From Octopus bimaculoides (lineage: Eukaryota), in the NCBI RefSeq assembly GCF_001194135.2, contig NC_068991.1, positions 3,826,209-3,870,755 of the forward strand: a DNA stretch of 44,547 nucleotides, read 5' to 3'. Both the position numbers and the translations under genes were made by a program. Under the pieces are notes generated by a model. The model worked only from the letters and a program-made list of their open reading frames with translations, was not told the origin of the DNA and made no database searches. Positions 1 through 12,187 of this stretch are shown here, in pieces. Positions within the stretch are counted from its first letter, which is position 1, and the number at the start of each line of letters is the position of its first letter.

Positions 1-105
1 ATATAGTTCAAAAAAACAATAACAAAAAAACAAAAAAACAACAAGGTGAGGACGTGATATGGATAGTATTATTGGACGCTCAGGAAAGGAAAGAGAGAGT
101 ATATA
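1..105 (-). repeat. 3' fragment of the Penelope-like repeat family seen at 3640 and 8725
   Basis: Reverse complement contains ttcctgagcgtccaataatac, similar to ttcccgagcgtcaaactaatac in the 3640 copy. Confidence 0.5.
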
Positions 106-674
106 TATATATATATATATGCATGTATGTATATGGATATATGTATATGTATATATATATAAATACGCACAGAAATAGATAGACATGCAGAGGCGTATCA
201 AGTTACACAAGGAATAAGATTAAAAAAAAACTTTAGTTATAAATTCAAGACGAGACGTGGATGATGGTGGGGGGGGGGTTTATTAAAAGCATATTGAATA
301 CTTTGTTGTATTGTTGAGCATGTGGTTATTTATTGTTGTTGTTATTGTTGCTGTTGTTGTTGTTGAAGTTGTGTTTTTTTGTTATTGGCTACAATGTAGA
401 TGTCGCCCCAGTAGATATGATGTTGGTGCTAAAGTGTCTGGACTTGTAGTGGGTGTGGTCTCTAATTTTTACATACACAGGCATAGACACAGACACCCAC
501 CCACATACACACACCCACATACACACATGCACACACAGACACACACACACACACACACATATATACACATACATATATATACGCATGTATGTTTGTGTGA
601 GTGTATACAAGTATCCGTATATTTCTATGATTTTCACGGAGTTGTAAATTTAATTGCTGATTTCTGTTATTGCA

Positions 675-826
675 TTCTTCTTCTTCTTCTTCTTCTTCTT
701 CTTCTTCTTCTTCTTCTTCTTCTTCTTCTTCTTCTTCTTCTTCTTCTTCTTCTTCTTCTTCTTCTTCTTCTTCTTCTTCTTCTTCTTCTTCTTCTTCTTC
801 TTCTTCTTCTTCTTCTTCTTCTTCTT
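675..826 (+). repeat. (TTC)n microsatellite, ~50 perfect units
   Basis: Seen directly; it produces the poly-L/F/S/E/K ORFs. Confidence 0.98.
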
Positions 827-876
827 TGAGCCCTTGTGGCCAATACAAGAAACCATTATTATTATTATTATTAAGG

Positions 877-1090
877 TGGTGAGCTGGCAGAATCGTTAGC
901 GCGCCGGACGAAATGCTTAGCGGTATTTCGTCTGTCTTTGCGTTCTGAGTTCAAATTCCGCGGACGCCGACTTTGCCTTTCATTCATTCCGAATCGATAA
1001 ACTAGGTACCAGCGAAGCACTGGAATCGATGTAATCGACTGGTCCCCTCCCACAAAATTTCAGGATTTGTGACTATAGTAGAAAAGATTA

Positions 1091-1149
<59 letters not shown>
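877..1149 (+). mobile_element. SINE family 2 (head ggcgagctggcagaatcgttagc...gttcaaattcc) with (ATT)n tail
   Basis: tRNA-like head with B-box-like GTTCAAATTCC; ends in agaaaagatt(att)n. Homologous copies at 14778-14936 and 27650-28345. Confidence 0.82.
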
Positions 1150-1151
1150 GT

Positions 1152-1830
1152 GCTGCCACACGGACTTGTCCGAGGTGCGCGCAGAGTGACGAAACCGTTC
1201 TGCACGCCCTTGTTCAGTGTCCGAGCATTGCTGACTTGTGGAGTTATGTTGAACAGCTGCTGTCACGTGTGGGACGGATCTGTCTGTCGGTCGAGTCTGT
1301 AGGGATGATCGCACCACCGCCCTCCTTCAATCAAGCATGCAAAGCAGTTTTCCTTTGCCTGGTGGCTGTGGCGAAAGAGGTTGCTTGGGGGACAAGGCTG
1401 AAAGGCATGAGGACGGATACATTCCTCTTTGGTAGAGCTCTCATTGACCTCTTCAAGTTTCACTCGAAAAGGAAATTGAGAGTGGAGAGGGAAGTGCTGT
1501 CCTCGAGTGAGTTTATTGAAAGATGGGTGAAAGTTGTGAACATGGCAAGAGTACCAATCTAAGTAAAGACCTGTGAGTTGAAGAGAAGGAATTGGAGAGG
1601 GCGCTTGCTCCTGGGGTCTCAAGGGAAATCTCGGACAGTGGGGTTCCTCGATTATCCCTAGAGGAGTTCTGGTACCAGGAGGTTCTCATCTCTATCATCC
1701 CCCCTCTTTTTTTTAACCCCTGTATGCTATGCTATGCATATGTCCCCCTTTTTCCAGTGTATATTGTGTATATTGTATTTTATTTTAACTTTATTATTTA
1801 TTTTTTATTCATCATTTCATTATTATATGT
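1152..1830 (+). mobile_element. 5'-truncated Tx1/L1-like LINE: ORF2 C-terminal CCHC zinc knuckle plus 3' UTR
   Basis: Frame 1152-1562 reads TRTCPRCAQSDETVLHALVQCPSIADLWSYVEQLL...KEVAWGTR..., the CxxC-x3-ET-x2-H-x4-C zf-RVT motif of L1/Tx1 ORF2. The 3' UTR runs into the N gap. Confidence 0.82.
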
Positions 1831-2915
1831 NNNNNNNNNNNNNNNNNNNNNNNNNNNNNNNNNNNNNNNNNNNNNNNNNNNNNNNNNNNNNNNNNNNNNN
1901 NNNNNNNNNNNNNNNNNNNNNNNNNNNNNNNNNNNNNNNNNNNNNNNNNNNNNNNNNNNNNNNNNNNNNNNNNNNNNNNNNNNNNNNNNNNNNNNNNNNN
2001 NNNNNNNNNNNNNNNNNNNNNNNNNNNNNNTATATATACATGTACATATATATATGTATGTATATATATATATATGTATGTATTTATGTATGTATGTATA
2101 TATATTTTATAAGGTTGTCATGTATTTTTTGCAGCTTTGTTCATTTTTCATATTGTTACTCATGTTGCTCTGACGGTTGTCTTTTCCTTTCATTAATCTT
2201 CTAGTTGTTGGTGCTGTCAGAAATCTATTTATTTATTTATATTTCTTTTTCGCTCAGTTTTGTTTATTATATATTGCAACAGTTTTTTTTTCTTTCTGAT
2301 CTTTTTAACATTCATTTTTTTTTTGTTTTTCGTTTTTCGTTTTCCGCCTCCTTTTATTTTCTCTCGGTGTTGTGATATTACTAGTATTGTTGCTGTTTGC
2401 CACGTTTTTTTTTTTTTTTTGTCCTTCGGTTGTTTCACGAATCGGATTCTTACTTCAGCTACAAGAGAACATACATACATACACACACACANNNNNNNNN
2501 NNNNNNNNNNNNNNNNNNNNNNNNNNNNNNNNNNNNNNNNNNNNNNNNNNNNNNNNNNNNNNNNNNNNNNNNNNNNNNNNNNNNNNNNNNNNNNNNNNNN
2601 NNNNNNNNNNNNNNNNNNNNNNNNNNNNNNNNNNNNNNNNNNNNNNNNNNNNNNNNNNNNNNNNNNNNNNNNNNNNNNNNNNNNNNNNNNNNNNNNNNNN
2701 NNNNNNNNNNNNNNNNNNNNNNNNNNNNNNNNNNNNNNNNNNNNNNNNNNNNNNNNNNNNNNNNNNNNNNNNNNNNNNNNNNNNNNNNNNNNNNNNNNNN
2801 NNNNNNNNNNNNNNNNNNNNNNNNNNNNNNNNNNNNNNNNNNNNNNNNNNNNNNNNNNNNNNNNNNNNNNNNNNNNNNNNNNNNNNNNNNNNNNNNNNNN
2901 NNNNNNNNNNNNNAT

Positions 2916-2967
<52 letters not shown>

Positions 2968-3639
2968 TTGTATATGCATATATATACATCTGAAGACTAT
3001 ATATATATATATATAGCACTTATATATATAATTATATATACAATGTATATTATAGTATACACACACACGCATACACACACATACATACATACTTATTGTA
3101 CGTATGCTAATTAAATATCAGATTGTAATGTAAAAAGTTACACCGCGGATATCCTCCAGGGGGCGCTATACTCATAAGTTTAGTTTCAATGTTGACTACG
3201 AAGATAAAAGAAAAACGTAAAACAGCTGCGAGGTCAAATCCCAGCATCGCTCTTTACAAGCAAAGCGAACACATTGTGTCACATACGCCTTCATATAAAC
3301 ACTTATACACCCCACCAAATATACATATGTATATATATAACACATGACAAGAAATAAAGGAAACGTGATAAAATAGCTGATTCGATATCGATTTTTTATT
3401 TATTTAATACTTTCATGAGAATTTGCGTTCAAATTGCCAGTGGGAATTTTCACTTTTGTTTCTGTGGGTGAATCTTGGCTAAAAATGACTCTTTTGTTTT
3501 CTAGGGGGAAACACCCGTTTACCTTGTCTCATGTTATTTTACCTGACAGGCATAATATATGATGACCATATATGTTTATATATTTGCCATGCAGGACCAT
3601 TCGCCAGGCTGGCCCGCTGAAATCTACAAGTTTTTTTTT

Positions 3640-3793
3640 TCCTGCCTGGCTCTCTGTTTTTTGCCTCTTATTCCTTTCTGCTGAAGAGCGTAAGCTCGAA
3701 ACGTAAAAGACTTTTTCATTTTCCCGAGCGTCAAACTAATACACTTGCTTCTTGTTCATTCTCCTGTCTTCATCTTTTGTCTTTCTGTAAAAT

Positions 3794-3800
<7 letters not shown>
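3640..3800 (+). mobile_element. Penelope-like terminal-repeat family A, copy 1
   Basis: Homologous to 8725-8885 over gaagagcgta(a)gctcgaaacgt.aaagacttt...ttcccgagcgtca.actaat; ends at (TA)n. Confidence 0.6.
3673..3710 (+). ncRNA. Minimal type-I hammerhead-like motif (core variant CUGCUGA)
   Basis: ccttt-CTGCTGA-A-GAGC(gtaa)GCTC-GAAA-CGT-A/aaaga. Confidence 0.5.
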
Positions 3801-3829
<29 letters not shown>

Positions 3830-3974
3830 ATATGTGTGTGTGCGTGTGTGTCTGTGTGCCTTTGTGTCTGTGTTTGCCCCCTTAACCACTACGAAGTGGT
3901 TCGGGAGCAAAGACGGCAAGCTAGAAGAATCGTTGGCACGCCGGACGAAACGTCACGATGTATGTATGTATTTA

Positions 3975-4009
3975 TAGATAGATAGATAGGTAGGTAGATA
4001 AATAGATAA

Positions 4010-4057
<48 letters not shown>
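3975..4057 (+). repeat. (GATA)n microsatellite; the complementary (ATCT)n/(ATCC)n tract is at 4145-4232
   Basis: Seen directly. Confidence 0.95.
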
Positions 4058-4178
4058 GACCCTGTGTGTTACTTTTAAAAAATTTTCCATTTGTTGCACA
4101 ATGTCTTAAACCCTATCTATTTATCTGTCTGTCTGACCGTCCGGCCATCCATTCATCCATCCATCCATTCATTCATCC

Positions 4179-4234
<56 letters not shown>

Positions 4235-4561
4235 GTCTACGGGAAATTTTCTTTGATCTTCCAACAAAGTCACAGCTGAATGATTCCAACAATCCCGGTT
4301 GTTGCCAAATTTAATTAAAAACGTGTCTTTTACTCACCTTCTTGTGTTCCTCACCCAAAATGAAAGAAAAAAATCAACTCCACCCTCGCCACATAAACAT
4401 ATCTACAAATCCACACCACGACGTACATGAACACATGCTTATTGTAATCATTAATGGCTCTTTGAAAACACACCTAAATCCATCCAACTTCAAGAATTCT
4501 CCCTTATTTTAATCTACAAATTATTGATCTATCGTATATACATGTGTCTGTGTGCGTACGC

Positions 4562-4624
<63 letters not shown>

Positions 4625-4625
<1 letters not shown>

Positions 4626-4795
4626 AGTTCGTTTTTTTGTGCTTTGTTTATGTTCCCGTTCCTTTTTTGTCCATATTTCTTTGACGTCCTGTACCCGGAT
4701 ATGCATCTATATATACATGTAGATGTAGGTATGCACATACATGGATGTATATATGTATATTCTCACATATCATTTGTATTATTATATATATGCAT
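4625..4795 (+). repeat. Interspersed repeat, second copy at 20960-21110
   Basis: Both share cgtcctgtaccc.gatatgcatctatata.acatgtagatg; both give the minus ORF start MHIRVQD. Confidence 0.65.
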
Positions 4796-5611
4796 ATATA
4801 TTTATATATATATATATCCACACACATGCTATATATGTGTGTGTGTATACGCATACACATGCTGACACGGATTAAATCTCAAAAGTAGCTACACTTACAT
4901 AGAAAAAAATCCTTAAACACTCTCACACACACTCACAGACACACACGTACACGCGCATGCGCACACGAACACAGGCACGCACGCACTCCCACCTGTATGT
5001 ACATTAAATCTGACGAAACACAAATCAAAATATCTCGAGTGATATCACTACAAGTAATGGAAGAGTGCACGTCATAAATAAGACTGTGACAGACGTATTG
5101 CTGCTGTAGTTTCCAGGACATGTAAAAGCCATACACCGGCAGGAATAGAATGAAATATGGCGTACTAACATAATGAGTTTCTGGATCTGTGTTATGAGTA
5201 TGACGATGGTTTGCATATTTATTCCAAATATGTTCCGGCGAATTCGAACAGGAATATACTAATCGCTGTTATGTTTCATCTCAAGGAAACAGCTTCTTCT
5301 GTTCAACGAATATGTGTTCATAACGCACTTGGTTCTTTAGTATATTTGATTCTGGGACACCGATGTTTCGATCTGTTGTGGCTCGTCAGCCAAAGCCGTA
5401 CCACACAAATGAATTTAACAATAACCGATGGCTTTAGTTAAAATTTCAGCGAACCGTTTGTTCCCTGATCCGTGCTGATTAAACTGCTTTTGAGGCATTT
5501 AATGCTCGAAAACACTAATATCTTGAGAGTAGACTTCTTTTATTATGATCGATGTGATATCTCAATTTAAAGTTTATTGACGATCTCTCTTTTATATTCT
5601 GGACATGTAGA

Positions 5612-5856
5612 GGCGCAATGGCCCAGTAGTTTCGGCAGCAGACTCACAGTCGTCGGATCGCGGTTTCGATTCCCAGACCGGGCGCTGTGAGTGTTTATTG
5701 AGTGAAAACACCTAAAGCTCCTCAACGATCCGGCAGAGGGTGGTGGCGAACCCTGCTGTACTCTTTCAACACAACTTTCTCTCACTCTTTCTTCCTGTTT
5801 CTGTTGTACCTGTATTTTAAAGGGCCATCCTTGCCACACTCTGTGTCACGCTGAAT
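5612..5856 (+). mobile_element. SINE family 3 (tRNA-derived head), 3'-truncated
   Basis: ggcgcaatggcccagtagtt (A-box-like), ggtttcgattccc (B box); body cacactctgtgtcacgctga is shared with the 10060-10333 copy. Confidence 0.75.
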
Positions 5857-5916
5857 CCTTTGACTCTTTTTCTGTGGAAATCAGAGTCATGGACTCCAAA
5901 TTTCCTTAATCTTGAC

Positions 5917-6122
5917 TTTTATTCTTTTATTCTTTTATTCTTTTATTCGTTTCAGTCATTTGACTGTGGCCATGCTGGAGCATCACCTTTAGTCGAACAA
6001 ATCGACCCCAGGATTTACTATTTGCCGAACCTCTAAGTTATGGGGGCGTAGATACGCCACCATTGGTTTCAAGCGATGATGTGTGTGTGGTGGGGGCAAA
6101 CACAGACACACAAACACACACA

Positions 6123-6160
<38 letters not shown>

Positions 6161-6317
6161 CGGTGGGCTTCTTTCAGTTTCCGTCTACCAAATCCACTCA
6201 CAAGGCTTCGGTCGGCCCGAGGCTATAGTAGAAGACACTTGCCCAAGGTGCCACGCAGTGGGACTGAACCCGGAACCATGTGGTTGGTAAGCAAGCTACT
6301 TACCACACAGCCACTGT
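5917..6317 (-). mobile_element. SINE family 1, near full length (tRNA head, ccttgggcaag core, internal (AT)n/(GT)n, tail gctccagcatggcc.cagtcaaatgactgaaac) with (GAATAAAA)4 tail
   Basis: Collinear homology to copies at 12918, 16996, 22758 and 43900. Confidence 0.88.
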
Positions 6318-6980
6318 CTTTTGTTGAGGAACGTCGTATTTGGAACATTTTATAGAGAAAGCATGACTTGCAGAAAATAACAGTTCCATTTTTGTATTAC
6401 ACCATTTCTGGAATCAGCATGAAATTTAATTTCGCAGTTAACATCGTAGTTATTATTATTTTTTTATTGCTCTTTTTGGAATTAAACAACTACGGTAAAT
6501 GAGGATTGATGTTTACGCTCTGTGAGTGGCAACGATAATGATTATTAAATTTAAAATAGATTTAATTATTATAACAATTAATATCCATTTTATGGGGCAT
6601 AAAATCTAAATATTTTAGAAATATTGACAAATAAACGAATTTAATGCTAAAACATTCAATGAATGTAATAATTTCTGTTTGTTGTTTTTTTTTTGTCTTC
6701 AGTCGTATTTGAAACCGTGAACGTTTTGAGACGTAACTTTTACATACTGCATTTTAATAGCGACAGCATTACACACACGCACATGCATGTATGTATGTAT
6801 GTATGTATGTATGTATGTACGTACGTATGTATGTACGTGTGTGTGTATGTATTCATGTGTGTATATCCGTTAAAGACTCGCGAAATTGGTTTTAAAACAC
6901 TCTTCTTCGGAATTGTGTGCATGTGTCCCTTTTTTGTATCACCTAATTGTCTGGATGTTTTGCGTTCTTGTCCCATTTTG

Positions 6981-7017
<37 letters not shown>

Positions 7018-7089
7018 CGGCGTACGTACACTTTGGTCTCTTATATGTAAATATATATTTATCTAAATCTTGTACGACTCTATTTCTTT

Positions 7090-7716
7090 TTTCTATCAGC
7101 CCTTTCACGCTTATTCGTTCATTCCACTCTTCGTTCTTTCGTTCCCCTCTCTCACATTTCCCCGCCTTCTCTTCTTGCTCACCTTCTCTCCTCTTTTCAC
7201 TTCACTGTGTCCCTGTCATTTTTCTCGATCCTCCTTAATTCTTCTGTCCCTCTGCCTCTAACTATCTCTCTTCTCTCCCCCACGTGACCGGTGTTCGGCC
7301 AAGCCTGATCTTTCTTTCTTGGTTCGGCCGTCGTCCGTGCAACATCTATATTCCTCCCCATGCCTGTGAAATCTTGTATCCCTGCTGTAAGGCTTTACTC
7401 CAACACACGCCAGCTTAATATAATTCGTCCTTAGTCGAAAGACACCTGTTGTTATGTCCTATTTGTATTTGTGTAACATTCTCCGTTTTTTTTCGTCCTT
7501 GTTTTCGTTTACATTCCTTGCTTTCTTCCAAGGAATCTAATACTCTTAGCTTAGTTTTTCATTGGTGCCAGCCAGATAGGAGCACTGTCGAGTATAACCA
7601 GCCGAAATTGCAAAGATAATCTGGAACTCGACTGAGGAAAGCAAACTCCGAATGACCCGTCCTTGTTTTCTTTGCATCATCTAATTGTCTGGATGTTTTG
7701 CGTTCTTGTCCCATTT

Positions 7717-7720
<4 letters not shown>
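7090..7720 (+). repeat. Interspersed repeat of uncertain class; its terminal ~50 bp is duplicated at 6938-6985
   Basis: ctaattgtctggatgttttgcgttcttgtcccattttgta occurs twice, each time followed by (TA)n. The internal extent is estimated. Confidence 0.45.
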
Positions 7721-7767
<47 letters not shown>

Positions 7768-8605
7768 ATATATGTATGTCTCTACATATACATACAAATA
7801 TAAATATGCATGCATCAACATACACATGCTCCCACACATGTACATATATGCACATACATACACACAGACACACACACACAAATGAATATAATAATGAATT
7901 TAAGTAATACAAAATAAAATAACAAAGTAAAAACAAAAAGCACACAGTGTAAGAATATATTTTTTAATTAATTCGTTTATAATGATTTAATTAACTTCTA
8001 CAATCTACTAACATATAAAACTAATACAACTTTAATATATGCGTATTGTGGTTATGTGTGCTGTATGTATATCTATATAAATGGTATTTAACTATGTATT
8101 TCAGCATTTAGCTTGATTGTATTACTTAAATGTGTATGAATCTTCTATTTTCTTTTATCTTAGTCTCGTCTGTCAATATTCCTATACGTAAATACGTCTC
8201 CATATCCGTTAACAGCTAGGCTGTCTTTATTTGTTGTTCGTACGTTCACTTTTCACCGATATATCTCAGTTTCTGAACATCTGTTCATCCACCCATCTCT
8301 ACCAACACACATACACCTTATTCACACATACACACAAACATACATACACACACATACACGAATATATCTATCCATATCTATCTACTTATCTGTCTATGAA
8401 TCTTCCAATCTCTCGCTCTCTCTCCTCTCTGCGTACATACATACGATTTTATTAAAGTCGAAAAAAGTCTTTACAAACTGTCGTTTAGAGTTTCATGCGG
8501 CCGTTCACCAGACAATTGTGATAATACAGACTAGTTTGCATATTCTTCAACTAGTTTCAGCTCGTAGGCTATGGCCATGCTAGGGCATCGCCGATACATT
8601 CATAC

Positions 8606-8655
<50 letters not shown>

Positions 8656-8724
8656 CTTCCGGTCAGCCATTGTTATGATCGGCCATTATTATGATTGGCC
8701 GTTGACTGAACACTATTCAATTTT

Positions 8725-8883
8725 TTTTCTCCGTGTTTTTCTCCTTGTCTCCGTATTCTTTCTGTTGAAGAGCGTAGCTCGAAACGTCAAAGACTTTCCG
8801 TATTCCCGAGCGTCATACTAATCTATCCTTTTGTTATTTACACCACCTGTCCTCGTCTGTTGTTATTATTTGTATATTCTCCC

Positions 8884-8885
<2 letters not shown>
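8725..8885 (+). mobile_element. Penelope-like terminal-repeat family A, copy 2
   Basis: Homologous to 3640-3800. Confidence 0.6.
8757..8793 (+). ncRNA. Minimal type-I hammerhead-like motif (core variant CUGUUGA, GUC cleavage triplet)
   Basis: tcttt-CTGTTGA-A-GAGC(gta)GCTC-GAAA-CGT-C/aaaga; stem I UCUUU:AAAGA and stem II GAGC:GCUC pair perfectly. Confidence 0.55.
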
Positions 8886-8921
<36 letters not shown>

Positions 8922-9145
8922 TTTCTGCGGTAATGCTAAACTCTATGTAACAGTTTGTAAATAATTTCTTCGGCTTTAGTAAAAGCATGTTACTCTACCT
9001 TTGGTATTCGAGTACTATTTTTTCCAGCCTTGTTTTGCATTTATATGTGCTTGCTCGTGTGTATGTATGTATACATGATCGTTTTGGGATTCCTAGGGCT
9101 GCGTCTTATTGGCGGAAAGGAGGATCGAGCGAGAGAGATAGAGAG

Positions 9146-9206
<61 letters not shown>

Positions 9207-9455
9207 AAAAGAAGGTGAGAGAAAGAGGTAACGAGAAGGAGGGAGAAAAGAGACAGAAACAGAGGAGTGGTGGTTAGAAATGATCTTATCCCATTGTTAA
9301 TCTCTATACCCAGTGCTACAAGACTATTTTATTTCTGCAATTAAATTTGAAATCACCTGGCTATTGGCCAAAATAATATCGCATCAGTATTCGTTAATTT
9401 TGAAACGAATAAAAATCGTGCGTAGATTAAGCAATTAGGTTAATAAATGAATCGC

Positions 9456-9461
9456 TTTATT
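9456..9461 (-). terminator. Candidate polyadenylation signal AATAAA (alternatives overlap the stop codon and lie at 9328-9333)
   Basis: AATAAA on the minus strand ~33 nt downstream of the stop. AT-rich sequence makes chance hits likely. Confidence 0.4.
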
Positions 9462-9493
9462 TCCCAAAATTCTTATGGCAGAAAGATGTCCGT

Positions 9494-9602
9494 TTATTGT
9501 CTTGGCGTATACATGCTCCACAACTTGGAATTTCTTTCAGTTGATCTGTTGAAAGGTGGCATGTGATCGAAGGAAACTTCCTGGAAGTATTCAAGACGAT
9601 GA
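9494..9602 (-). CDS. C4orf33: C4orf33-family gene, coding exon 6 (terminal)
   Basis: tcttctatcttttacag|T CAT CGT CTT GAA TAC TTC...CAA TAA; completes PDF-HRLEYF; 109 nt to the stop. Confidence 0.92.
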
Positions 9603-9797
9603 CTGTAAAAGATAGAAGACAAGAATAGCAAATGAATGAGTTGAATGGAGATAAGATTGAAGAGGAGAAAATCAGTTATTAAACAAACACAATTACTATA
9701 CTGATGTGTGTCTTGATATGTTATAATATATAAGTGCAAAGCACACTGTGATCAGCGATGTATAACAGCATTCGATAGCCTGGCCGATCACATAACG

Positions 9798-9847
<50 letters not shown>

Positions 9848-11134
9848 TTTCATTCATTGGACTACGACCATTCTGGGGCACCGCCTGAAATGGTTTTAGT
9901 CGAACAAAGCGACCACAGTTCTTTCTTTTTTTCAGTCTGATGTTTATTGTATCGGTCTGTTTAGAGAGCCGCCAAACGTCGGGGACGTAAACAAACCAAT
10001 ATCGGTTGTTAAGCAGTGGTGGCGAGGAACACACACACATTCATATATAAGAAGAATACTAGGACTCCGTCGGTCACGACGGTGAGTGTTCTGGTTGATC
10101 CGATCAACGGAACCTACTCGTGAAATTAACGTGCAAATGGCTGAGTACTCCACAGACACGCGTAACCTTAACTTATTTTCAGGGAGGATCAGCGTGACAC
10201 AGAGTATGACGAGGTTAGTCCTTTGAAACACAGGTAAGTGTATTGCTCAATAACACAACGCACCGCTGGGTATCGAACTCAGGACGTTAGAATCGAGAGC
10301 CCAACACCTTTAACCACTAAGTCACGCACCTTCAGAGATACACCCCCCACTCCATAAAACACAATGAGAAAAATATTTTAGTGATAATTCAAATAACAAT
10401 TAAAACAATTAAAAGAAAAAAGCTGTGGGGTGGGGAGAGAAACGAACGAATTTATCTGACAACTCAATACAAACAAAATAACAAACACAAGCAACAACAA
10501 CAAGAACTACTGCTGCTGCTGCTACTACTACTGTTGCTGCTGCTGAGGCTACTTCTGCTGATTTTACTCTAATATTTCTCAGGCTCTTTTGCAAGATTTT
10601 TATTGTTAATATTTTGGAACACAATGGCAACGGAATCGATGAAGAATTTAACGTAAGCGAGTAATCAAATTTATTAGACAGACAATTAAACAACAAAAAT
10701 ACCAAAAAAAGAACGTCTAATATCAACAAAATAAATCCTTTGTATTATTATTCAATTCGGTAATGTTATATATTATACGTATACCATAGGTGACGTTAGA
10801 CAAAGCTAACATGGCTCCAGATTTCATTGAGCAGACGACAACGGTGTGCAATGGCGTCGATTCCTGTGCTACAGATGAAGATTTAGTAATTTTGTTACGG
10901 ATTCATCAACATATTTAATCTGTTAATATATACATACACATGCATGTGTGCAGACGTATTTGCGACTTCATACATACATACCTACATACATACATACATA
11001 TTTACATACATACGTACATACATACATATGTATTTACATACCTACATTACATAAGTATATACATACATATATATATACACGCATACAGACACACACTCGC
11101 ACACATATCTACACACGTACATATACACACACAC

Positions 11135-11200
<66 letters not shown>

Positions 11201-11685
11201 TAACATATGTATATACATATATGTATATACACAGACACACACATATATGCACACATTTATACATACATATATAACACTCACCTCTATATACACACACACA
11301 CACACACAAACACACAAACACACATATATATGTACATACATATACACACAAAATATACATCTAATGATTGGGAAGCTATTTTGTTAAATGTCTTTGAATG
11401 ATTTGTTCATATTGTCATGGAATAACCAGAGTAGATTTCAAGTTATATTTTTGTCTACTATATCATTGTATAAACGAATACACTTTTATATAATTAACAC
11501 ATTCACAAATAGCATTATTATAATACAAAAAGAATATAGATATTGATATCAATGTTATTGTCATTCCATAAGGAATCATTAAGACTTGTTTTGTCTACCT
11601 CTACATGTTCCATCGGAGACTTCTTTTCAGGAATTTTTTTTTCTTCAATTTTATGAAGATTACACTATATTATTTTATATCATAT

Positions 11686-11748
<63 letters not shown>

Positions 11749-12002
11749 NNNNNNNNNNNNNNNNNNNNNNNNNNNNNNNNNNNNNNNNNNNNNNNNNNNN
11801 NNNNNNNNNNNNNNNNNNNNNNNNNNNNNNNNNNNNNNNNNNNNNNNNNNNNNNNNNNNNNNNNNNNNNNNNNNNNNNNNNNNNNNNNNNNNNNNNNNNN
11901 NNNNNNNNNNNNNNNNNNNNNNNNNNNNNNNNNNNNNNNNNNNNNNNNNNNNNNNNNNNNNNNNNNNNNNNNNNNNNCACATATATATATATATATATGC
12001 AC

Positions 12003-12033
<31 letters not shown>

Positions 12034-12156
12034 TATATATACATATATATAGATATATGTATGTATGTATATATATCTATGTACATGGATGTTTGTGTGT
12101 TTATGTGTGTGCGTGTGTGTGTGTGTATGTGTATATATATATATATGTATATATAG

Positions 12157-12187
<31 letters not shown>

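Noticed and set aside
311-899. ORFs with poly-L/F/S/E/K and HT/VC repeats
   Set aside because: Translations of (TTC)n and (CA)n microsatellites. The same applies to the many YI/HT/VC/X-run ORFs across the window.
4325-4420. Minus-strand donor-like AAG|gtgagt, possible exon of a neighbouring gene
   Set aside because: No acceptor, no open frame reaching the donor, and no downstream exon identified.
5612-5690. tRNA-like sequences with A/B boxes (also 10260-10333, 37655-37745, 43900-43970)
   Set aside because: They run directly into SINE bodies and lack a complete cloverleaf, so they are SINE heads, not tRNA genes.
7628-7660. CTGAGGA...CCGAAT hammerhead-like string (also isolated CTGATGA at ~20939 and ~23788)
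   Set aside because: No intact GAAA, stem II or stem III/NUH could be formed.
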